This document shows positions 17,842 through 22,745 of a DNA stretch of 34,388 bases, in pieces. A model generated the notes under the pieces. The model did no database searches, was not told the DNA's origin, and was given only the letters and a program-made list of their open reading frames with translations. The translations under genes and the position numbers were made by a program. Each line of letters begins with the position of its first letter. The first letter of the stretch is position 1. This DNA is from a virus (taxonomy: Duplodnaviria; Caudoviricetes): the IMG/VR virus record IMGVR_UViG_3300027780_000034, positions 1-34,388 of that record; one strand, written 5' to 3'.

Positions 17842-18148
17842 GTGTGTCCCCCAATATTTCTATTATGTGTAGTTTAAGTGCGTTTCCCTTGTCGGTAATT
17901 GATACGCTTTTCTTTCGTGTGTCTTCGGTGTCCATTGATAATGTAATCATGTCGCGGTCACTTAATACTTTTAGGCTTCTGGTGACTCCGACTGCTGATA
18001 GTTCTAGGTCTTTGATTATGGATTGAAAGTAAATAACACTGCGTTCAGACTGGTAAAGATACGCAAGCACCTTTACGTCTCTGAATGAGTGGTGTCCTAT
18101 ATATTCATCAACCTTGTCGATTAAACCAATGAGTTTTAAAACAGACAT
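17816..18148 (-). CDS. MarR-family winged-helix regulator (candidate repressor)
   Basis: IIKDLELSAVGVTRSLKVL (HTH) and DTEDTRKKSVSITDKG (MarR wing DxR...xTxxG). Confidence 0.85.
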   Translation of the reverse strand: MSVLKLIGLIDKVDEYIGHHSFRDVKVLAYLYQSERSVIYFQSIIKDLELSAVGVTRSLKVLSDRDMITLSMDTEDTRKKSVSITDKGNALKLHIIEILGDTHGSKSKSQ

Positions 18149-18270
18149 TTTTTATTCTCCCCTCGCTATCGCTGTAGATAACTAATGTAAATAAATATGG
18201 TATTGTTATTATTCTTGATACTTTAATTTTAGTCTTCGGCATCTACTAGTTATCTCCCATAAACTTAATA

Positions 18271-18313
18271 GTTTCGTATTTGAAACTGTTTCAGATTTGA
18301 AAACAAAAGTCAA
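18271..18313 (-). promoter_or_regulatory. Putative sigma70 -35 box followed by two tandem palindromic operators, upstream of marR-int
   Basis: TTGACT at 18313-18308; TTTCAGATTTGAAA (18289-18302) and TTTCGTATTTGAAA (18272-18285); the -10 box is weak (AACAGT). Confidence 0.6.
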
Positions 18314-18319
18314 TAGGTG

Positions 18320-18529
18320 TTATGCTTGCCCCTTTTTAGGTGTCGGTAAGTCAAAAACTCCTAGTATGTAGGCACTTACGACTGGTGGCTTAGTGTATCC
18401 ACGTTTTGCCCAAAATGCTTTCCAGTTCTGGTCTATGTGCTTTTGTTCATTGTTATTTAGGATGGTCGATGGTCTATGCACCTTTACTGGCACGGCTCGG
18501 AATAGGTTTCGTCTGTTTTTAACTCTCAT
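18320..18529 (-). CDS. Hypothetical protein (69 aa)
   Basis: ORF track 18320..18616 trimmed to ATG 18529 (MRVKNRR) to minimise overlap. Confidence 0.6.
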   Translation of the reverse strand: MRVKNRRNLFRAVPVKVHRPSTILNNNEQKHIDQNWKAFWAKRGYTKPPVVSAYILGVFDLPTPKKGQA

Positions 18530-18710
18530 GTGTATTGTAAGGTGATGATGCGCGGTTACGGAAGCACTTTTGCCAGTCTTCCAAGGTGTTGAACTCAAGT
18601 TGCCTGTCCTTCTCACGAATGATGGCTCTTAGCTGTTTATTTTCAAACTTGAGGCGTTCTATTATCTCAGTAATAGAGCGAGGTGATTCATTCCATACAT
18701 TAAAGCTCAT
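18519..18710 (-). CDS. Hypothetical protein
   Basis: ORF track; short overlaps with both neighbours. Confidence 0.65.
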   Translation of the reverse strand: MSFNVWNESPRSITEIIERLKFENKQLRAIIREKDRQLEFNTLEDWQKCFRNRASSPYNTHES

Positions 18711-18927
18711 TTTCTCTATGTGTTAATTGTGATTGTTCAACGTGGACAAAGTAATCTTGTCCCTCTTCAGGGTCAGGCTCCTCGCTCCAAGCTATGTAGT
18801 CTTGCACGAAATCGTGGATTTCAGGTGCTAGGTCTTGTTTCGTGAGGTGTCCTGAGAAGACGGAGACATCATCTGAACTGTCTCCAGCCTCCCGCATTGA
18901 TAGTATTGTGATTTTCTGCGCGCTCAT
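18700..18927 (-). CDS. Acidic hypothetical protein (75 aa)
   Basis: Start trimmed to MSAQKIT at 18927, ATGA-coupled to the upstream ORF. Confidence 0.7.
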   Translation of the reverse strand: MSAQKITILSMREAGDSSDDVSVFSGHLTKQDLAPEIHDFVQDYIAWSEEPDPEEGQDYFVHVEQSQLTHRENEL

Positions 18928-19052
18928 AGGTTTTCCATGATTACGGTTACAATTAGCAGGATTCCTGCGACGATGATGCACGAGAACACAATAAATGCGC
19001 TCTCGGTTTGGCTGTCTGTTTTTACTAGCTTGTTTGGTTTGTGTATTTTCAT
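18924..19052 (-). CDS. Early small membrane protein (42 aa), array ORF 14
   Basis: Manual: MKIHKPNKLVKTDSQTESAFIVFSCIIVAGILLIVTVIMENL; leader CCACACGACCACT-ATGAAA. Confidence 0.72.
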   Translation of the reverse strand: MKIHKPNKLVKTDSQTESAFIVFSCIIVAGILLIVTVIMENL

Positions 19053-19065
19053 AGTGGTCGTGTGG

Positions 19066-19221
19066 TTAATTATTTAGGTCTGTCAGCTCTTGTCTAGCTT
19101 CTTCGTATGTCTCAGATGTAGGGTTGCCATTCGGTTGCATTGCTTCACCTCCAAAACCATTATCCTCAATGTATTTAATGATTTCTGCGTGGGATGGTTT
19201 TATTTTGTCTTGTGTTTTCAT
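19066..19221 (-). CDS. Early small protein (51 aa), array ORF 13
   Basis: Manual: MKTQDKIKPSHAEIIKYIEDNGFGGEAMQPNGNPTSETYEEARQELTDLNN; leader CACACACACGACCACT-ATGAAA. Confidence 0.75.
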   Translation of the reverse strand: MKTQDKIKPSHAEIIKYIEDNGFGGEAMQPNGNPTSETYEEARQELTDLNN

Positions 19222-19238
19222 AGTGGTCGTGTGTGTGA

Positions 19239-19340
19239 TTAGAGTTGAAGCTTATGCAAGGCATAGCAAGCGCAAAGGATTGCAGTTATAATGCTGGCAC
19301 TGGTGCAAATTGCTAAGATTTGATTGTCTGATAGTTTCAT
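19239..19340 (-). CDS. Early small hydrophobic peptide (33 aa), array ORF 12
   Basis: Manual: MKLSDNQILAICTSASIITAILCACYALHKLQL; leader CCCACAAACAAACC-ATGAAA. Confidence 0.68.
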   Translation of the reverse strand: MKLSDNQILAICTSASIITAILCACYALHKLQL

Positions 19341-19354
19341 GGTTTGTTTGTGGG

Positions 19355-19564
19355 TTATACCCTTTCGAGTAGTTCATATTTTAAAAGCTCAACTTTAGAG
19401 TTAAGCACTTCCATTGTTTCCTCATACGAAAGGTCAAACTTACTTGCTGCGATTGCTATGCTTTCAGCTATGCACTCAATTAATAAGGTGTCTGATTGCC
19501 TAGCTATAATGTCACAAATAGCTTTACAGTCTTTTCTTACATTATCGTAATCGTTATATTTCAT
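19355..19564 (-). CDS. Early small protein (69 aa), array ORF 11
   Basis: ORF track; AC-rich leader then ATGAAA. Confidence 0.78.
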   Translation of the reverse strand: MKYNDYDNVRKDCKAICDIIARQSDTLLIECIAESIAIAASKFDLSYEETMEVLNSKVELLKYELLERV

Positions 19565-19588
19565 GGTTAGTTTTTGTGTGGTTTTTGA

Positions 19589-19774
19589 TTAGTTATTTAG
19601 GTCTACAAGGTGCTGGTATGCCGTCTTGACCGTCCAGCCCTTAGAGTGTGCTTCAAGTGCCTTGTCGCGGCTATAGGTCTCTGCTTGCTTTGTGCCTTTC
19701 GGGTGAGTGCAGACCCATGAATTGCATGGGATTACTGATGAGTGTAATTCTGGGAAGTCTTTTGGTGCTTTCAT
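19589..19774 (-). CDS. Early small protein (61 aa), array ORF 10
   Basis: ORF track; leader ...GACCACACT-ATGAAA. Confidence 0.78.
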   Translation of the reverse strand: MKAPKDFPELHSSVIPCNSWVCTHPKGTKQAETYSRDKALEAHSKGWTVKTAYQHLVDLNN

Positions 19775-19800
19775 AGTGTGGTCGCGTGTGGTTTGTGTGA

Positions 19801-20037
19801 TTAGATATAAGCGGAAACTTTGTCATAAGAACAGTTTAAAATACTAGCTAAGTGCGCCTTGTCGGCTTTGGCTTGTAACTTATTCCATTTGTCGGCTCCC
19901 GCTTGTGTTTTAAATCCATCACTCAAAGGCATCCAATGTTTGCCTCCCGTGTGTCCGATGCAATACCAGAGTTTGTCGTTTGGATTTTGTGTGACTTGGT
20001 TTGCCTTGTATTTGCTTTTTATTATTAGGTTTTTCAT
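19801..20037 (-). CDS. Early small protein (78 aa), array ORF 9
   Basis: ORF track; leader CCACACACAAACACACACACT-ATGAAA. Confidence 0.78.
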   Translation of the reverse strand: MKNLIIKSKYKANQVTQNPNDKLWYCIGHTGGKHWMPLSDGFKTQAGADKWNKLQAKADKAHLASILNCSYDKVSAYI

Positions 20038-20058
20038 AGTGTGTGTGTTTGTGTGTGG

Positions 20059-20199
20059 TTAGATTATTTCTACAATCCATGCAAGACCATAGGTTGCACC
20101 GTTGCCAAGTTTAAACTGCAACTCTTTTTCTGCTGTTGCACGTGTTGTGAATCTTTCAGGAAATAGTTTCCCGTCATGCCTTTTAATTGCGTATTTCAT
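20059..20199 (-). CDS. Early small protein (46 aa), array ORF 8
   Basis: Manual: MKYAIKRHDGKLFPERFTTRATAEKELQFKLGNGATYGLAWIVEII; AC leader + CACT-ATGAAA. Confidence 0.75.
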   Translation of the reverse strand: MKYAIKRHDGKLFPERFTTRATAEKELQFKLGNGATYGLAWIVEII

Positions 20200-20245
20200 A
20201 GTGTGTGTTTGTGTGTGTGTTTGTGTGTTATTGTGTGTTATTAGA

Positions 20246-20419
20246 TTAGAGGCGGAACAAGGTGCGTGTGTCTACTAGAGAGCCTTTGACATAAAAAGAG
20301 GCAATAGCTTGTTCGCTGTTATATTTAATTTTAACGTTGTGTTTGTTTTGAATGCACAATAGGCGCATTTGCTCGATAAATTGTGCAAGTGTTGCGTGTG
20401 GTGTGGTGCGTGTTTTCAT
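20246..20419 (-). CDS. Early small protein (57 aa), array ORF 7
   Basis: ORF track 20246..20482 trimmed to MKTRTTP after the AC leader. Confidence 0.75.
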   Translation of the reverse strand: MKTRTTPHATLAQFIEQMRLLCIQNKHNVKIKYNSEQAIASFYVKGSLVDTRTLFRL

Positions 20420-20450
20420 AGTGTGTTTGTGTGTGTTTGTGTGTTTGTGT

Positions 20451-20618
20451 TTATTTGGATATCTTGCGATTATAATCTTCAATCAATATGTCTTGTAAAG
20501 CTCTGATTTCCTGTTCGGCGCAGTCATCTGACTCAAGATACTTTAAGTCTAATACTCGACCAATTTTAGAGGCAAGCATTGTGCAGTTTATATAAGCGGA
20601 TTGTTTTGAGTATGTCAT
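20451..20618 (-). CDS. Early small protein (55 aa), array ORF 6
   Basis: Manual: MTYSKQSAYINCTMLASKIGRVLDLKYLESDDCAEQEIRALQDILIEDYNRKISK; AC leader + CACT-ATG. Confidence 0.75.
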   Translation of the reverse strand: MTYSKQSAYINCTMLASKIGRVLDLKYLESDDCAEQEIRALQDILIEDYNRKISK

Positions 20619-20649
20619 AGTGTGTTTTTGTGTGTGTTTTTGGTGAAAG

Positions 20650-20742
20650 TTAAACCATCAGATATAAGAAATATCCGAAAAGCAACCCTATTAATATGCA
20701 AAGTGGTAGCTCTATAAAGAGGTATATTTTTATTGGTTTCAT
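20650..20742 (-). CDS. Early small membrane peptide (30 aa), array ORF 5
   Basis: Manual: MKPIKIYLFIELPLCILIGLLFGYFLYLMV; leader CACACAAACACACA-ATGAAA. Confidence 0.68.
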   Translation of the reverse strand: MKPIKIYLFIELPLCILIGLLFGYFLYLMV

Positions 20743-20756
20743 TGTGTGTTTGTGTG

Positions 20757-20924
20757 CTAGCAAGGTAAGCGGTAAGTGAGAGAACAAGAGTCGGAATATA
20801 CAAGCTTATAACCCGCGTTTTCAAGTCTCGTTTTCTTAGCTTCCGCTTTCTTTAGTTCGGCTTCAGTAGGGAACATAGAAATATGCACGCGACTGGTCGT
20901 TGTTTTGATTTTTATTGGTTTCAT
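20757..20924 (-). CDS. Early small protein (55 aa), array ORF 4
   Basis: Manual: MKPIKIKTTTSRVHISMFPTEAELKKAEAKKTRLENAGYKLVYSDSCSLTYRLPC; AC leader + CACT-ATGAAA. Confidence 0.75.
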   Translation of the reverse strand: MKPIKIKTTTSRVHISMFPTEAELKKAEAKKTRLENAGYKLVYSDSCSLTYRLPC

Positions 20925-20950
20925 AGTGTGTTTGTGTGTGTATTAATAGA

Positions 20951-21023
20951 TTGCCCGTTAGTGGACACCCTAAAGCCCGCTCGACGAATTAACGAAGGCG
21001 GGCAAGTGGATTAAGTGAGTGCC
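20951..21023 (-). ncRNA. GC-rich structured intergenic RNA element of unknown class (weak terminator, processing site or other)
   Basis: Hairpin GCCCGC...GCGGGC (21003-20975); outer helix GGCACUC/GGGUGUC; alternative pairing UUGCCCG/CGGGCAA. Confidence 0.5.
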
Positions 21024-21024
21024 T

Positions 21025-21222
21025 TTATATTTCTGTAACCTCAATTAAGCCCTCTTCATTAATACGCCATTCATTAGCGAGCATATCGAGTAAGCCGAAA
21101 GCATACGCTTTACGCCCTCCCCAAGCGCTGAGCGGCTCGCCCGTTCCTAATGAGTGTTTGAAGGGCACTTTGTATCCGTAAGGCTTCAGCGCGTCGTATA
21201 CTGTTTTGTGTGTAGTTTTCAT
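21025..21222 (-). CDS. Early small protein (65 aa), array ORF 3
   Basis: ORF track 21025..21309 trimmed to MKTTHKT after the AC leader. Confidence 0.78.
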   Translation of the reverse strand: MKTTHKTVYDALKPYGYKVPFKHSLGTGEPLSAWGGRKAYAFGLLDMLANEWRINEEGLIEVTEI

Positions 21223-21255
21223 AGTGTGGTTGTGTGGTTTGTGTGTGTTTGTGGT

Positions 21256-21308
21256 TGTCTCTTCAGCACTGGTAGCCAACCCAGTGGACGCTCGAAAGCG
21301 TTTCGACA
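21256..21308 (-). ncRNA. Type II hammerhead ribozyme
   Basis: UGUC-GAAA-CGCU-UUCG-AGCG-UC^-CACUGG-GUUGGCUA-CCAGUG-CUGAAGA-GACA: complete core (CUGANGA, GAAA, GUC) with all three stems paired. Confidence 0.93.
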
Positions 21309-21309
21309 T

Positions 21310-21498
21310 TTAGCGACTGAGCTTCTCAATATCGCGAAGGTTCTCAATATGTTCGTTAGCCCATTCCAAGATGCGCTTTGCGTCTTTTTGTGAAATTGTA
21401 ACACCCGTGTTGCCTATGTGCTCTGCTATACCCAGTGCATTGCCGATAATTGTGTCGATTCCTAGGAGTGTGTTTTTGATTTGCTTTGATATTTTCAT
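21310..21498 (-). CDS. Early small protein (62 aa), array ORF 2
   Basis: ORF track 21310..21594 trimmed to MKISKQI after the AC leader. Confidence 0.78.
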   Translation of the reverse strand: MKISKQIKNTLLGIDTIIGNALGIAEHIGNTGVTISQKDAKRILEWANEHIENLRDIEKLSR

Positions 21499-21535
21499 AG
21501 TGTGTTTTTGTGTGTTATTGATTGTGTGTATTTGA

Positions 21536-21802
21536 TTAAAGGATGGATGCGATTTCCTCCGCTTCCTCAAATTTGCGTCGCACTTGTGATTCAAGCTTTG
21601 ACCATTTATTCAAGAATCCCTCTACGTGTTTCGTGTCTGCCCATCCATGATTTTCCATGTAGTCCTTTTGAGCATTAATCATGCAAGTGGAGGTAGCTTG
21701 TTCTGCGTTTACACGTCCTACCGTGACCATGTCCTCAAAGGTGAAGCCCTCAAAGATGGACGGTGTATTTAGAATTGCTTTAACTGTTGGTAATTTATTC
21801 AT
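21536..21802 (-). CDS. Early small protein (88 aa), array ORF 1
   Basis: ORF track; AC-rich leader ending TACACT-ATG. Confidence 0.8.
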   Translation of the reverse strand: MNKLPTVKAILNTPSIFEGFTFEDMVTVGRVNAEQATSTCMINAQKDYMENHGWADTKHVEGFLNKWSKLESQVRRKFEEAEEIASIL

Positions 21803-21921
21803 AGTGTATTTGTTTTTGTGTGTGTTATTGATTGTGTGTATTTGTGTTTAGCTGAATTGCTATGTTTAAAAGTTATTTCAGATTGATTGCATAAGTCGAG
21901 AACTATTTTCACCGTGTTGCT

Positions 21922-21934
21922 TAAGGTGTTGATA
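21922..21934 (-). promoter_or_regulatory. IHF-consensus site upstream of the early region
   Basis: TATCAACACCTTA matches WATCAANNNNTTR. Confidence 0.45.
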
Positions 21935-22019
21935 TTCAGTGATATTTAAATGCAAATAAAAAACAAAAACACGCATTTCCACAAATACACGCATACAAAA
22001 ACAAGCAATCATCTCGACT

Positions 22020-22054
22020 AGTCCACTGAATGAAAACCAAACAGTCCACTGAAT
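22020..22054. repeat. 12-bp direct repeat AGTCCACTGAAT x2
   Basis: 22020-22031 and 22043-22054 in the non-coding terminal region. Confidence 0.8.
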
Positions 22055-22129
22055 AAAATCGCTAGAATCTACCAGCAATAAATATAATATCTAGAGCAAC
22101 CCTATCAAACATAGACACCCCCCGTCATT

Positions 22130-22150
22130 CACGGACAAAGCACGGACAGA
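22130..22150. repeat. Tandem CACGGACA repeat matching the attP arm-type motif
   Basis: cacggacaaag-cacggacaga, 11-bp period; reverse complement of TTGTCCGTG at 16491. Confidence 0.7.
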
Positions 22151-22252
22151 TATATATATTATAGACCCCATTGGGGGTAAAAGTTTTTCCACATATATAC
22201 GTATACCCCTTCAGATTTTTATAGCAAAACCAAGGGTGTACTCGCAGCACAC

Positions 22253-22295
22253 ATAGAAAGACCCCCTAGAGAAAACACACAATCCCTAGAGGGTC
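22253..22295 (-). terminator. Putative intrinsic terminator closing the late transcript
   Basis: Minus strand GACCCUCUAGGGA / UCUCUAGGGGGUC 13-bp stem (two G-U pairs) followed by UUUCUAU. Confidence 0.65.
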
Positions 22296-22327
22296 AAACA
22301 CACTATATAACACAAACAAAGTTATCT

Positions 22328-22579
22328 TTAAAAGTCTTCGTAGCTATCTTCATCATCTAAATCCTCGTCCCACTCGATGTCAACCTCATAATCTTCACTA
22401 GGAAGGAGGGCATCTGTAACGACTTTATTAGCGATAGCAGCTAACCCTAGGGCAGCAAAGCTGTTGTTATACTCAACCTCACACTCATGGGGTTTGTCAG
22501 CAGCCACTATCAGGTAGTTCTCAAAGTGTTCTCCAAGTATCACCTGACATTGCTCTATTGGGGTTAATTCATCATCCAT
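22328..22579 (-). CDS. Highly acidic hypothetical protein, last late gene
   Basis: ORF track (GTG 22585); ATG 22579 preferred. Confidence 0.75.
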   Translation of the reverse strand: MDDELTPIEQCQVILGEHFENYLIVAADKPHECEVEYNNSFAALGLAAIANKVVTDALLPSEDYEVDIEWDEDLDDEDSYEDF

Positions 22580-22580
22580 A

Positions 22581-22671
22581 TACACTTAAAGTTCACTAAT
22601 AGTCTCATTCATATTAAATACCTATTAACATAGTCAAATTATGATTATCACTTATTATCACTTTAAGTGTA
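22581..22671. repeat. 12-bp perfect inverted repeat enclosing an AT-rich spacer with a tandem ATTATCACTT x2
   Basis: TACACTTAAAGT (22581-22592) / ACTTTAAGTGTA (22660-22671); tandem copy at 22644-22663. Confidence 0.8.
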
Positions 22672-22710
22672 CCATAGGGGCTATTTACCCCTCCTATTCC
22701 CTCTGTCTTG

Positions 22711-22723
22711 TAAGTCTTTGATA
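22711..22723 (-). promoter_or_regulatory. IHF-consensus site downstream of terL
   Basis: TATCAAAGACTTA matches WATCAANNNNTTR. Confidence 0.4.
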
Positions 22724-22745
22724 TTACTACTGTTATGAATGCACC

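Larger units (their letters stand above)
19050..21848 (-). repeat. Dispersed AC-rich leader repeat in front of 14 consecutive small ORFs
   Basis: Consensus roughly (AC/AAAC)n-CACT-ATG-AAA; 11 of 14 end CACTATG, 12 of 14 start ATGAAA; exact 26-bp copy at 21509-21534 and 21819-21844. Confidence 0.9.

Noticed and set aside
18108-18242. 44-aa ORF MPKTKIKVSRII... upstream of marR
   Set aside because: Overlaps marR by 41 nt, has no motif and no supporting leader; possible but unsupported
19050-19235. T7-type phage promoters in the leaders (ACGACCACTAT resembles T7 ACGACTCACTAT)
   Set aside because: The match ends in the start codon, lacks a conserved upstream part and is not found before middle or late genes; I could not identify the phage RNAP promoter consensus anywhere by eye
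20951-21023. HDV-like (theta) ribozyme
   Set aside because: P1- and P2-like pairings exist, but the P3/L3 interval is too long and the P1.1 GG and P4 elements are missing
20246-21594. Longer starts in the ORF track (20482, 21309, 21594) and the ORFs 20615..20824 and 21219..21404
   Set aside because: They read through AC leaders (H/T/N/K-rich translation) or the ribozyme; internal CACT-ATG starts give a non-overlapping tiling
19050-21848. CRISPR array or integron cassette array
   Set aside because: The repeats are degenerate, variable in length and non-palindromic; the intervals are 90-270 bp ORFs; there are no cas genes or attC R/L boxes; the integrase has its own tRNA-type attP
21878-22078. 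66-aa minus-strand ORF in the terminal region
   Set aside because: Non-ATG start, low-complexity translation, and it overlaps repeats and regulatory motifs
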